Numbered from the stretch's first letter, positions 1 through 11,869 are shown. The stretch is DNA of 32,000 nucleotides from Mycobacterium tuberculosis H37Rv (GCF_000195955.2 NC_000962.3:3660001-3692000); one strand, 5' to 3'. Notes: generated by a model not told the origin, from the letters alone. Made by a program: numbers and translations.

Positions 1-696
1 TGTTCGTCCGTACACTCACTTGTTGTGTCCTTTGCCGATGCCACCATCGCGCGCCTTCCCGGGGTGGTCCAGCCCTATGCGCAGCGCCACCATGAGCTGA
101 TCAAATTTGCCATCGTCGGCGGCACCACATTCATCATCGACACAGCAATTTTCTACACCCTCAAGCTGACGGTTCTCGAACCCAAGCCGGTGACCGCGAA
201 GGTGATCGCCGGCATCGTCGCCGTCATCGCGTCCTACGTGTTGAACAGGGAGTGGAGCTTCCGCGACCGCGGCGGTCGCGAGCGCCACCATGAGGCGCTG
301 CTGTTCTTTGCGTTCAGCGGCGTGGGAGTGCTGCTGAGCATGGCGCCGTTGTGGTTTTCCAGCTACATCCTGCAGCTACGGGTGCCAACGGTGTCACTGA
401 CCATGGAAAACATCGCCGACTTCATCTCGGCCTACATTATTGGCAACTTGCTGCAAATGGCGTTCCGCTTCTGGGCGTTTCGGCGCTGGGTGTTCCCCGA
501 CGAGTTCGCCCGCAACCCCGACAAGGCCCTGGAATCCGCCCTTACCGCGGGCGGCATCGCCGAAGTCTTCGAGGACGTCTTGGAGGGCGGCTTCGAGGAC
601 GGCAACGTCACCCTGCTGCGGGCCTGGCGTAACCGGGCCAACCGGTTCGCTCAGCTGGGCGACTCGTCGGAGCCCAGGGTGTCGAAAACCTCGTGA
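1..696 (+). CDS. GtrA-family integral membrane protein (Rv3277-like); frame is open to the window edge, so probably 5'-truncated
   Basis: ORF 25..696 with FAIVGGTTFIIDTAIFYTL... and VLNREWSFRD, typical of the GtrA family. The frame has no stop from nt 1, so the true start may lie upstream. Confidence 0.85.
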   Translation, partial: CSSVHSLVVSFADATIARLPGVVQPYAQRHHELIKFAIVGGTTFIIDTAIFYTLKLTVLEPKPVTAKVIAGIVAVIASYVLNREWSFRDRGGRERHHEALLFFAFSGVGVLLSMAPLWFSSYILQLRVPTVSLTMENIADFISAYIIGNLLQMAFRFWAFRRWVFPDEFARNPDKALESALTAGGIAEVFEDVLEGGFEDGNVTLLRAWRNRANRFAQLGDSSEPRVSKTS

Positions 697-1169
697 TACA
701 GCAACGCATGCACCTCCCGCAGGCGCGGAATGTTGTAGAACTCGAGCGGATCTTGTGACGCGGACTCGATAATCAACGTCCCGGTGCGAAAAATCCGCTC
801 GAAGATCCGGTCCCGGAACTCCACGCTGTTGATCCGTGCTAGCGGTATGTCGATCCCGCTGCGGGTCAGCACACCATGCCGGAACATCACCCGCCGGTTG
901 GTCACCACGAAATGTGTGGTCAGCCAGCTCAGGAATGGCCACAGCGTGAGCCAGCCGACGATCACCAACCAGATCCCCCAGATGACCGCGTGAATCACGT
1001 TCTTAGCGATCTGCTGCCAAGGTGTCGAGTTGACGAATCCGGACCCGAACGCCGCCAACCCGGTCAGCAAGACCAGCACCACGACGGGCCAGATTAAGCG
1101 ATTCCAGTGCGGATGGCGGTGCAGAACGACCTGCTCGCCAGCGGCCAGGACATTCTCCGGATAGCTCAT
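651..1169 (-). CDS. PH-domain (bPH2/YdbT-like) membrane protein (Rv3278c-like)
   Basis: 172-aa ORF with two TM segments followed by FVVTNRRVMFRHGVLTRSGIDIPLARINSVEF. Confidence 0.85.
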   Translation of the reverse strand: MSYPENVLAAGEQVVLHRHPHWNRLIWPVVVLVLLTGLAAFGSGFVNSTPWQQIAKNVIHAVIWGIWLVIVGWLTLWPFLSWLTTHFVVTNRRVMFRHGVLTRSGIDIPLARINSVEFRDRIFERIFRTGTLIIESASQDPLEFYNIPRLREVHALLYHEVFDTLGSDESPS

Positions 1170-1211
1170 GCCCGCGACCTTAATCTTTTGGGGACGCCAG
1201 CTCCGCGCGAG

Positions 1212-2012
1212 TTAACGCAAATGCACCACGTCGCCCGCTGAAACAACTACCGTTCGACCGCCGACGTCCAGACACAGCCGACCCTGGTCATCGATGTCAC
1301 GCGCGATCCCGACGACGTCCTGGCCACCGGGGAGCTCGACGCGCACGCGCGACCCAATGGTCAGGCTGCGAGCACGGTAGTCGGCCGCCAGTTGTGGGTT
1401 GGCGTTGCGCCACTGGATGATCCGAGCTTCGAGCTCGCGCAACAGCCTGCTGGCTATGCGGTTGCGGTCCGGTGCCGCCACTCCGAGGTCCAGCAATGAG
1501 GTCGCGTCGGGATCAACCTCTTCGGGGGCCTGGGTGACGTTGAGTCCCACACCGAGTACCACAAACGGCTGCGCGACCTCGGCCAGGATGCCGGCTAACT
1601 TGCCACCCCGGGCCAGCACGTCATTGGGCCACTTGAGGCCCGTTTCGGCCGGCGGGACTGCAATCAGGGGGGCCACCGAATCGAGCACCGCCAGACCCGC
1701 GGCCAGTGACAGCCAGCCCCACGCTTGCACCGGGACGTCGACCACACGCACACCGACCGACAGGATGATCTGCGCTCGGGCAGTGGCCGCCCAGCCGCGG
1801 CCATGACGCCCCCGCCCAGCGGTCTGATGCTCGGCGATCAACACCACCCCGTCGATATCGGCCCCGGATGCCGCCCGGGCCAGCAAGTCGGCGTTGGTGG
1901 AACCGGTTTGGGCCACGACGTCAAGTTGGCGCCACCCGGATCCAGCACCGATCAGCTGGTCGCGCAGTGAGCGTTCGTCCAAAGGCGGCCTGAGCCGATC
2001 GCGGTCGGTCAC
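1212..2012 (-). CDS. birA: Biotin--[acetyl-CoA carboxylase] ligase
   Basis: 266-aa ORF with the TNADLLARA, AEHQTAGRGRHGRGW and GVGLNV motifs of BirA. Confidence 0.93.
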   Translation of the reverse strand: MTDRDRLRPPLDERSLRDQLIGAGSGWRQLDVVAQTGSTNADLLARAASGADIDGVVLIAEHQTAGRGRHGRGWAATARAQIILSVGVRVVDVPVQAWGWLSLAAGLAVLDSVAPLIAVPPAETGLKWPNDVLARGGKLAGILAEVAQPFVVLGVGLNVTQAPEEVDPDATSLLDLGVAAPDRNRIASRLLRELEARIIQWRNANPQLAADYRARSLTIGSRVRVELPGGQDVVGIARDIDDQGRLCLDVGGRTVVVSAGDVVHLR

Positions 2013-2061
2013 CGCCCCAGCCTAAGGAAGTAGTGTGCGGCAGCCGATAACATCGACTCCC

Positions 2062-3688
<1,627 letters not shown>

Positions 3689-3708
<20 letters not shown>

Positions 3709-4222
3709 GTCGAGTGAGCGGAACGAACCTGTGAGTCGAGTGAGCGGAACGAACGAAGTGAGTGACGGGAACGAGACGAACAATCCGGCAGAAGTGAGTG
3801 ACGGGAACGAGACGAACAATCCGGCAGAAGTGAGTGACGGGAACGAGACGAACAATCCGGCCCCTGTGAGTCGAGTGAGCGGAACGAACGAAGTGAGTGA
3901 CGGGAACGAGACGAACAATCCGGCCCCTGTGAGTCGAGTGAGCGGAACGAACGAAGTGAGTGACGGGAACGAGACGAACAATCCGGCCCCTGTGACCGAG
4001 AAGCCGCTGCATCCGCACGAGCCCCACATCGAGATACTGCGGGGACAACCCACCGATCAGGAGCTGGCCGCGTTGATCGCGGTGCTGGGCAGTATCAGCG
4101 GTTCAACCCCGCCCGCGCAACCCGAGCCCACCCGGTGGGGGCTGCCGGTCGACCAGTTGCGGTACCCCGTCTTCAGTTGGCAGCGCATCACACTGCAAGA
4201 AATGACGCACATGCGCCGATGA
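3689..4222 (+). CDS. accE5: Acyl-CoA carboxylase epsilon subunit with a tandem-repeat N-terminus
   Basis: 177-aa ORF. The C-terminal ~75 aa ([21 protein letters not shown]) is the AccE-type domain. The N-terminus is encoded by the VNTR. The start overlaps the accD5 stop and its assignment is uncertain. Confidence 0.8.
3728..3988 (+). repeat. Tandem repeat array: 63-36-36-63-63 bp units, preceded by a partial 26-bp unit at 3702-3727
   Basis: Direct reading. Encoded units are [21 protein letters not shown] (21 aa) and [12 protein letters not shown] (12 aa). Probably the MTBC locus known as VNTR 3663, based on spacing from the 58-bp array. Confidence 0.93.
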
Positions 4223-4887
4223 CCCGGCTGGTGCTCGGGTCCGCCTCCCCTGGCCGGCTCAAAGTCCTTCGTGATGCCGGCATTGAGCCGCTGGTCATCG
4301 CCTCGCACGTCGACGAGGATGTCGTCATCGCGGCGCTGGGGCCGGACGCGGTCCCGAGCGATGTGGTGTGCGTACTGGCCGCGGCAAAGGCCGCGCAGGT
4401 CGCGACCACGCTGACCGGAACGCAACGCATTGTGGCCGCGGATTGCGTTGTCGTTGCCTGTGATTCGATGCTCTACATCGAAGGCAGGCTACTCGGCAAG
4501 CCAGCGTCAATCGACGAGGCGCGCGAGCAGTGGCGGTCGATGGCGGGCCGGGCCGGCCAACTCTATACGGGCCACGGTGTTATCCGGTTGCAGGACAACA
4601 AAACCGTGTACCGTGCTGCTGAAACAGCAATAACCACAGTATATTTCGGAACACCTTCGGCCTCCGATCTGGAGGCTTACCTGGCCAGTGGGGAGTCGCT
4701 GCGGGTCGCGGGTGGATTCACCCTGGACGGTCTGGGCGGCTGGTTCATCGACGGCGTGCAGGGCAATCCGTCGAATGTGATCGGCTTGAGCCTGCCGTTG
4801 CTGCGGTCGCTCGTGCAGCGATGCGGGCTGTCCGTCGCCGCACTGTGGGCAGGAAATGCGGGCGGCCCAGCGCACAAGCAGCAGTAG
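4219..4887 (+). CDS. maf: Maf/YhdE-family nucleotide pyrophosphatase
   Basis: [21 protein letters not shown] and [21 protein letters not shown] at 4219 overlaps the accE5 stop (ATGA). Confidence 0.88.
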
Positions 4888-4927
4888 CTTCGGACTGGGC
4901 CAGGTCGCCAGCGGTAGGCTCGATGAT

Positions 4928-5821
4928 GTGCCGCTTCCCGCAGACCCTAGCCCCACCTTGTCGGCCTACGCCCATCCCGAACGGCTCGTGACCGCCGACT
5001 GGTTGTCGGCACACATGGGCGCGCCGGGCCTGGCGATCGTCGAATCCGACGAGGACGTCTTGCTCTACGACGTCGGCCATATTCCCGGCGCCGTCAAGAT
5101 CGACTGGCACACCGACCTCAACGACCCACGGGTGCGCGACTACATCAACGGCGAGCAGTTCGCCGAATTGATGGACCGCAAGGGCATCGCCCGCGATGAC
5201 ACCGTGGTGATCTATGGCGACAAGAGCAATTGGTGGGCCGCCTATGCGTTGTGGGTGTTCACGCTGTTCGGTCACGCCGACGTGCGACTCCTCAACGGCG
5301 GCCGTGACCTCTGGCTCGCCGAGCGCCGGGAAACCACCTTGGACGTCCCGACCAAGACCTGCACCGGTTATCCCGTCGTGCAGCGCAACGATGCACCCAT
5401 CCGCGCATTCAGAGACGACGTGCTGGCCATCCTGGGCGCTCAGCCGCTGATCGACGTACGCTCTCCCGAGGAGTACACCGGCAAGCGCACCCATATGCCC
5501 GATTACCCCGAGGAAGGGGCGCTGCGGGCCGGTCACATCCCCACGGCGGTGCACATTCCGTGGGGGAAGGCCGCCGACGAAAGTGGACGGTTTCGCAGCC
5601 GCGAGGAATTGGAACGGCTCTATGACTTCATAAACCCGGACGACCAAACCGTCGTCTATTGCCGCATCGGTGAACGCTCCAGCCATACCTGGTTCGTGCT
5701 CACACACCTGCTGGGCAAGGCAGATGTACGGAACTACGACGGCTCGTGGACCGAGTGGGGCAACGCCGTGCGAGTGCCGATCGTCGCGGGCGAAGAACCA
5801 GGAGTGGTACCCGTCGTATGA
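4928..5821 (+). CDS. sseA: Thiosulfate sulfurtransferase (tandem rhodanese)
   Basis: Rhodanese domains; active-site loop [17 protein letters not shown] start gives 297 aa. Confidence 0.9.
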
Positions 5822-6249
5822 CCGCGCCCGCGAGCCTGCCCGCGCCGCTAGCAGAGGTGGTATCCGACTTCGCCGAAGTCCAGGGTCAAGACAAGCTGAG
5901 GCTGTTGCTGGAATTCGCCAACGAGCTGCCGGCGCTTCCGTCGCACCTGGCCGAGTCCGCTATGGAGCCGGTCCCCGAGTGCCAGTCTCCGCTGTTTTTG
6001 CACGTCGACGCGAGTGACCCCAACCGGGTGCGCCTGCATTTCAGCGCGCCGGCCGAAGCGCCAACCACGCGCGGGTTCGCCTCGATCCTGGCCGCCGGCC
6101 TAGACGAGCAACCGGCCGCCGACATCTTGGCGGTGCCCGAGGATTTCTACACCGAGCTGGGTCTGGCTGCCTTGATCAGCCCACTGCGGTTGCGGGGAAT
6201 GTCGGCGATGCTGGCCCGGATCAAGCGCCGGCTGCGCGAAGCGGACTGA
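5818..6249 (+). CDS. SufE-like sulfur acceptor protein (Rv3284-like)
   Basis: 143 aa. [13 protein letters not shown] aligns with the SufE GCQSxVW cysteine motif, and TTRGFASIL with the downstream RG motif. ATGA overlap with sseA. Confidence 0.85.
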
Positions 6250-6356
6250 ATCGAGGAACCGCGTGAGCGGGTCAGCGGCGCGACGCTTAAACTTCCCCCG
6301 ACAAGACTTGTAAGAAAATCTCTTAGAGACGAAGAATCAGCCCGACAGGAGGCGCA

Positions 6357-8159
6357 GTGGCTAGTCACGCCGGCTCGAGGATCGCTCGGATCTCTAAGGT
6401 TCTCGTCGCCAATCGCGGCGAGATCGCAGTGCGGGTGATCCGGGCGGCCCGCGACGCCGGCCTGCCCAGCGTGGCGGTGTACGCCGAACCCGACGCCGAG
6501 TCCCCGCATGTTCGGCTGGCCGACGAGGCGTTCGCGCTGGGCGGCCAGACCTCGGCGGAGTCCTATCTGGACTTCGCCAAGATCCTCGACGCGGCAGCCA
6601 AGTCCGGGGCCAACGCCATCCACCCCGGCTACGGCTTCCTAGCGGAAAATGCCGACTTCGCCCAGGCGGTGATCGACGCCGGCCTGATCTGGATCGGCCC
6701 CAGCCCGCAGTCGATCCGCGACCTGGGCGACAAGGTCACGGCCCGTCACATCGCGGCCCGCGCTCAGGCGCCCCTGGTGCCGGGTACCCCCGATCCGGTC
6801 AAAGGCGCCGACGAGGTGGTGGCATTCGCCGAGGAGTACGGCCTGCCGATCGCGATCAAGGCCGCCCACGGCGGCGGCGGCAAGGGCATGAAGGTGGCCC
6901 GCACCATCGACGAGATTCCGGAGCTGTACGAGTCGGCGGTGCGCGAGGCCACGGCCGCGTTCGGCCGCGGTGAGTGCTACGTGGAGCGCTATCTCGACAA
7001 GCCGCGCCACGTCGAAGCACAGGTGATCGCCGACCAGCACGGCAACGTCGTCGTCGCCGGCACCCGGGACTGCTCGCTGCAGCGCCGCTACCAGAAGCTG
7101 GTCGAGGAGGCGCCCGCACCGTTCCTGACCGACTTTCAACGCAAAGAGATCCACGACTCGGCCAAACGGATTTGCAAAGAGGCCCATTACCACGGCGCCG
7201 GCACCGTCGAATACCTGGTCGGTCAGGACGGCTTGATCTCGTTCTTGGAGGTCAACACGCGCCTTCAGGTAGAACACCCGGTCACCGAGGAAACCGCGGG
7301 CATCGACTTGGTGCTGCAGCAATTCCGGATCGCCAACGGCGAAAAGCTGGACATCACCGAGGATCCCACCCCGCGCGGGCACGCCATCGAATTCCGGATC
7401 AACGGCGAGGACGCGGGGCGTAACTTCCTACCGGCGCCCGGGCCGGTGACAAAGTTCCACCCGCCGTCCGGCCCCGGTGTGCGGGTGGACTCCGGTGTCG
7501 AGACCGGCTCGGTGATCGGCGGCCAGTTCGACTCGATGCTGGCCAAGCTGATCGTGCACGGTGCCGACCGCGCCGAGGCGCTGGCGCGGGCCCGGCGCGC
7601 GCTGAACGAGTTCGGTGTCGAAGGCCTGGCGACGGTCATCCCGTTTCACCGCGCCGTGGTGTCCGACCCGGCATTCATCGGCGACGCGAACGGCTTTTCG
7701 GTACATACCCGCTGGATCGAGACCGAGTGGAATAACACCATCGAGCCCTTTACCGACGGCGAACCTCTCGACGAGGACGCCCGGCCGCGTCAGAAGGTGG
7801 TCGTCGAAATCGACGGTCGCCGCGTCGAAGTCTCGCTGCCGGCTGATCTCGCGCTGTCCAATGGCGGCGGTTGCGACCCGGTCGGTGTCATCCGGCGCAA
7901 GCCCAAGCCGCGCAAGCGGGGTGCGCACACCGGCGCGGCGGCCTCCGGTGACGCGGTGACCGCGCCTATGCAGGGCACCGTAGTTAAGTTCGCGGTCGAA
8001 GAAGGGCAAGAGGTCGTGGCCGGCGACCTAGTGGTGGTCCTCGAGGCGATGAAGATGGAAAACCCGGTCACCGCGCATAAGGATGGCACCATCACCGGGC
8101 TGGCGGTCGAGGCGGGCGCGGCCATCACCCAGGGCACGGTGCTCGCCGAGATCAAGTAA
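6357..8159 (+). CDS. accA3: Biotin carboxylase / biotin carboxyl carrier fusion (acyl-CoA carboxylase alpha subunit)
   Basis: 600 aa with GTG start and an AGGAGG-like RBS; [26 protein letters not shown], and the biotinylation motif EAMKMENP. Confidence 0.95.
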
Positions 8160-8168
8160 GCCCGGCGG

Positions 8169-8954
8169 CTACTCCAACTGATCCCGTAGCCGTGCCAATG
8201 ACTTGGCCAGCAGCCGCGACACGTGCATCTGTGAGATACCGACGCGCTCGGCGATCTGCGTTTGGGTCATCGAGTCGAAGAACCTGAGCACCAAGACCGT
8301 TCGTTCCCGCTCGGGCAACGCCTCGAGCAACGGACGAAGCACCTCCCGATTCTCGATCTGGTCAAGACCCGCATCCACGTCGCCCAGGGTGTCTGTGATT
8401 GCGCGGGCATCGTCGTCGCTGCCGCCACCGCTGTCGATGGACAAGGTGTGGTAGGAACTACCCGCCAGCAAACCTTCGATAACCTCAGCGCGGTCCATCC
8501 CGAGCTCCGCGGCGAGCTCCGATGCCGACGGCGCCCGCCCGAGCCGCTGCGACAAATCGGCGGTGGCGGTACCTAGCCGCAGATGCAGTTCCTTGAGACG
8601 CCGGGGAACCTTGACCGACCAGCTGTTGTCGCGGAAGTGTCGTCGGACCTCGCCCATGATGGTAGGAACCGCGAAGGAGACGAAGTCCGACCCGGTCTTC
8701 ACGTCGAAGCGAACCGCGGCGTTGACCAGCCCGACCCGCGCGACCTGAATAAGGTCGTCACGCGGTTCGCCGCGACCCTCGAACCGCCGCGCGATGTGAT
8801 CGGCCAGCGGCAAGCACCGCTGAACGATCTTGTCCCGGTGCCGCTGGAATTCCGGTGAGCCGGCAGGCAAACCAACCAGCTCGCGAAACATCTCCGGAAC
8901 GTCGGCGTATTCGTTAGCTCGCGATGCAGAACCGCCGGCAGCGCGCGCCGTCAC
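8169..8954 (-). CDS. sigF: Alternative RNA polymerase sigma factor SigF
   Basis: 261 aa; sigma-70 family regions (DLIQVARVGLVNAAVRFD, VLRFFDSMTQTQIAERVGISQMHVSRLL). Starts by GTGA overlap with rsbW. Confidence 0.95.
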   Translation of the reverse strand: MTARAAGGSASRANEYADVPEMFRELVGLPAGSPEFQRHRDKIVQRCLPLADHIARRFEGRGEPRDDLIQVARVGLVNAAVRFDVKTGSDFVSFAVPTIMGEVRRHFRDNSWSVKVPRRLKELHLRLGTATADLSQRLGRAPSASELAAELGMDRAEVIEGLLAGSSYHTLSIDSGGGSDDDARAITDTLGDVDAGLDQIENREVLRPLLEALPERERTVLVLRFFDSMTQTQIAERVGISQMHVSRLLAKSLARLRDQLE

Positions 8955-9388
8955 CTGCTGGATGCCGCCCGTCGGGCGGTCAACGTGATGCCGAAGACAC
9001 TGCCGGCTACATCGGGCTGGCGACCGTCGTGGAAGGTCTGGACGTCGTCGGCCAGCGCGGTCAGGACATGCCAGCTAAAGCTGCCCGGTGCCACCACGTC
9101 GTGGGTGTCGCAGGCAGCAGAAGCCTCCACCACAACTTCGTCTTTTCGCGGATCGACCACCAGGCGCAGGGTGGCATCCGGCAAGGCCGAGCGAATCAAC
9201 CGGGTGCACACCTCGTCCACCGCCAACCTCAGGTCGGCCACGGCGTCGAAATCCAGGTCCTCGAAGGTGCCGATGGCGCCGACCAGGGTGCGCAGCAGCG
9301 CCAGGTTCTCCAGGCGGGCAGCAACGTTCAGCTCGACGGCGCGGACACCGCGTTGGCGCCCCTTGGTGGGTAAATCCGAGTCGGCCAT
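8951..9388 (-). CDS. rsbW: Anti-sigma F factor, HATPase (RsbW/UsfX)
   Basis: 145 aa, MADSDLPTKGRQRG..., with RLAVDEVCTRLI resembling the kinase N-box. An in-frame ATG at 9457 would add 23 aa. Confidence 0.9.
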   Translation of the reverse strand: MADSDLPTKGRQRGVRAVELNVAARLENLALLRTLVGAIGTFEDLDFDAVADLRLAVDEVCTRLIRSALPDATLRLVVDPRKDEVVVEASAACDTHDVVAPGSFSWHVLTALADDVQTFHDGRQPDVAGSVFGITLTARRAASSR

Positions 9389-9522
9389 GCACCCTCCCGG
9401 CAAGCTTCGATCGACAGTACTCCCGCCTTGGGTCTGGTCTTCGAGCTGGTCGGTCATGGTCGGACCTGCTGGTAGTGGGGATCTAACGCAACATGGTCGG
9501 GATTCATCATGGTGTACCCGTG

Positions 9523-9550
9523 ATACCCATTCGCAGCTGCCGGTGAAACC
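9523..9550 (-). promoter_or_regulatory. Predicted SigF-dependent promoter of rsbW-sigF
   Basis: Minus strand GGTTT-N17-GGGTAT, matching the mycobacterial SigF consensus GGWWT-N16/17-GGGTAY. Located in the 197-bp gap between usfY and rsbW. Confidence 0.85.
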
Positions 9551-9585
9551 CCGCGATGCCGGGATTTCCAGCCGCACTAGGATGT

Positions 9586-9999
9586 CTAGCCGGCCAGCCG
9601 CTGCCGCCGGACTTCGGGATGTTCGGTATACCAGCGATCGGCAATCTTGCGTATCCGCCGATGCTCGAACGCTAGCCACGCCAAACCAACCACTGTGACG
9701 ACAATCGCCACCACACCAAAGGTCATGCCCTCGGCGTGATGTCCGGTGCCGAAAGCCGCAAGAGCTCCGACGCCGCCGACGACACCGGCCACAATCAACA
9801 GATACCCAGGCCAATGCACCACGTCGATCAGCGACTCGCCGGCAAGCGGCCGCGTCGTCCGCAAGTGGTCGACGGGGTCACGATAGGTGTCGCCCATGGC
9901 CTCCTCCGTTTCCGTCCTATTCCGCCATTTCTGCCCATTACCAGGCACTACCATCAACGGTAGAACTCGTCGAACGGGTTGTGGAGGGATCTGACCCAT
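9586..9999 (-). CDS. usfY: Small membrane protein UsfY (start uncertain)
   Basis: 137-aa ORF with a hydrophobic C-terminal half. An alternative ATG at 9897 has a strong GGAGGAG upstream. Confidence 0.8.
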   Translation of the reverse strand: MGQIPPQPVRRVLPLMVVPGNGQKWRNRTETEEAMGDTYRDPVDHLRTTRPLAGESLIDVVHWPGYLLIVAGVVGGVGALAAFGTGHHAEGMTFGVVAIVVTVVGLAWLAFEHRRIRKIADRWYTEHPEVRRQRLAG

Positions 10000-10033
10000 T
10001 TATTTGTTGACCGCGGCCGACCTGGCCGACGGC

Positions 10034-10411
10034 TCACGGCGCCATGACCGGGCCGGCGATCGGTGGGACGCCTATGCAGAGCGTCAGCACCATCAGCGTC
10101 AACAAAAACCAGCCGGCGCCGTGCCATCCCCACCAGGTACCTTCCGCACGCCATACCCGGTAGGTGCGCAGAAACGCCCACAGCCCGGCCGCACACAGGA
10201 TCAGCGGGCCCCCCAGCGCCAGCAGGATCCGCTGGGGCGGGCCGCAGGCCGCGGTGTCGACGCCGCTGCACGTGCTGACCAACAACGCTCCCATAATGAG
10301 GAAACCGACCCCGACGACAGCGGCCACAACAGCAAACCGAATCGCCGAGTGCACCTCGCTGTCATCCCGGCCTAGCCGATCGCCGCGTGACGGCCCACCT
10401 ACTTCGTGCAT
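10034..10411 (-). CDS. Small transmembrane protein (Rv3289c-like)
   Basis: 125-aa ORF with several hydrophobic segments, co-oriented with usfY. Confidence 0.75.
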   Translation of the reverse strand: MHEVGGPSRGDRLGRDDSEVHSAIRFAVVAAVVGVGFLIMGALLVSTCSGVDTAACGPPQRILLALGGPLILCAAGLWAFLRTYRVWRAEGTWWGWHGAGWFLLTLMVLTLCIGVPPIAGPVMAP

Positions 10412-10444
10412 CGGCGAATCTCCATCCCGCTCTTGGCGGCTGCC

Positions 10445-11794
10445 TTACGTCACCACCGGTAACGCGCTGCGCACCGCGGCTATCGCGGCGTCGATCTCGG
10501 CGGTTGAAACCGTCAGCGGTGGACGGAATCGCACGGTGTCTGCACCGGCCGGCAACACAATCACCGCACGTTGCCACAGCTGGCGGATCAACTCGTCACG
10601 GTCGGCGGTGGTCGGCAGGCTAAACGCACACATCAGCCCGCGGCCGCGCGGATCGAGAACCACTGCCGGGAAGTCCGCGGCGAGTTCGTCAAGCCGGGCG
10701 CGCAGATACTTACCGTGCTGCACCGCCCGCTCGAACAGGCCCTCGGCTTCGATGACCTCCAAGATGCGGCGGGCGCGCACCATGTCGGTAAGATTGCCAC
10801 CCCATGTCGAGTTGAGCCGTGATGGGACCGCGAACACATTGTCGGCGACCTCGTCCACCCGCCGACCGGCCATCACTCCGCATACCTGCGTCTTCTTGCC
10901 GAACGCCACGATGTCGGGTGCGACATCCAACTGCTGGTATGCCCAGGCGGTTCCGGTCAACCCGCAGCCGGTCTGTACTTCGTCGAAGATCAGCAGTGCA
11001 TCAAACTCGTCGCACAGCTCGCGCATCGCAGCGAAAAACTCCGGGCGGAAATGGCGGTCGCCACCCTCGCCCTGGATGGGTTCGGCCACAAAACACGCGA
11101 TGTCGTGCGGGCGGGTCTCGAATGCCGCGCGGGCCTGGCGTAGCGCCTCGGCCTCTAGCGCGGCCATAGCGGGCTCATCCAGGCCGGGCCGCATGTACGG
11201 CGCATCGATGCGTGGCCAGTCGAATTTCGGGAACCGGGCGGTAATGGTCGGCTTGGTGTTGGTCAGCGACAGGGTATAGCCGCTGCGGCCGTGAAATGCC
11301 CCGCGCAGGTGGAGCACTTGAGTGCCCAGCGCCGGGTCGATCCCATGGGCTTGGTTGTGCCGACTCTTCCAGTCGAACGCGGCTTTGAGCGCGTTCTCCA
11401 CCGCCAGGGCGCCCCCTTCGACGAAGAACAGATGCGGCAGCGCCGGGTCGCCCAAGACACGGGCGAAGGTCTCGACGAAGCGGGCCATCGCCACCGAGTA
11501 CACGTCGGAATTGCTGGGCTTGTTCAGCGCGGCCTGCATGAGTTCGGCATGGAACTCCCGGTCGTCCACCAGCGCCGGGGGATTCATACCCAGTGCCGAG
11601 GAGGCAACGAATGTGAACATGTCCAGGTAGCGCCGACCCGTTATAGCGTCGACCAGATATGAACCGCCCGAACGGGTCAGATCGAGCACTATGTCCAGAC
11701 CGTCGACCAGCATGCTGCGCCCTAGCACCTCATGAACCCGGTCTGGTGTTGTTGGTCTACCGGCAAGAGCGACGGACTTCACGACGGCGGCCAT
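10445..11794 (-). CDS. lat: L-lysine 6-aminotransferase (lysine-epsilon aminotransferase)
   Basis: 449-aa class-III PLP aminotransferase; LIFDEVQTGCGLTG and IVAFGKKTQVCG. Confidence 0.93.
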   Translation of the reverse strand: MAAVVKSVALAGRPTTPDRVHEVLGRSMLVDGLDIVLDLTRSGGSYLVDAITGRRYLDMFTFVASSALGMNPPALVDDREFHAELMQAALNKPSNSDVYSVAMARFVETFARVLGDPALPHLFFVEGGALAVENALKAAFDWKSRHNQAHGIDPALGTQVLHLRGAFHGRSGYTLSLTNTKPTITARFPKFDWPRIDAPYMRPGLDEPAMAALEAEALRQARAAFETRPHDIACFVAEPIQGEGGDRHFRPEFFAAMRELCDEFDALLIFDEVQTGCGLTGTAWAYQQLDVAPDIVAFGKKTQVCGVMAGRRVDEVADNVFAVPSRLNSTWGGNLTDMVRARRILEVIEAEGLFERAVQHGKYLRARLDELAADFPAVVLDPRGRGLMCAFSLPTTADRDELIRQLWQRAVIVLPAGADTVRFRPPLTVSTAEIDAAIAAVRSALPVVT

Positions 11795-11869
11795 GACGCT
11801 ATGATAGCAGGATTTACGGAATATTGATATTTATGCTGGAAAAATTATGGTATATGCTGCCTATCGCTG
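11795..11869 (-). promoter_or_regulatory. Candidate lat promoter and LrpA operator region, AT-rich
   Basis: 11821-11880 is 30% GC. Minus-strand -10 candidate TATCAT (11806-11801) ends 6 nt before the lat ATG. GCTG boxes at 11835, 11856 and 11866 are spaced 21 and 10 bp. Confidence 0.5.

Noticed and set aside
9948-9963. Small inverted repeat CTACC-atcaac-GGTAG in the usfY 5' region
   Set aside because: Only a 5-bp stem without other supporting signals; expected by chance.
10164-11279. 371-aa plus-strand ORF opposite lat/Rv3289c
   Set aside because: Ser/Arg/Pro-rich shadow ORF over the strongly supported lat.
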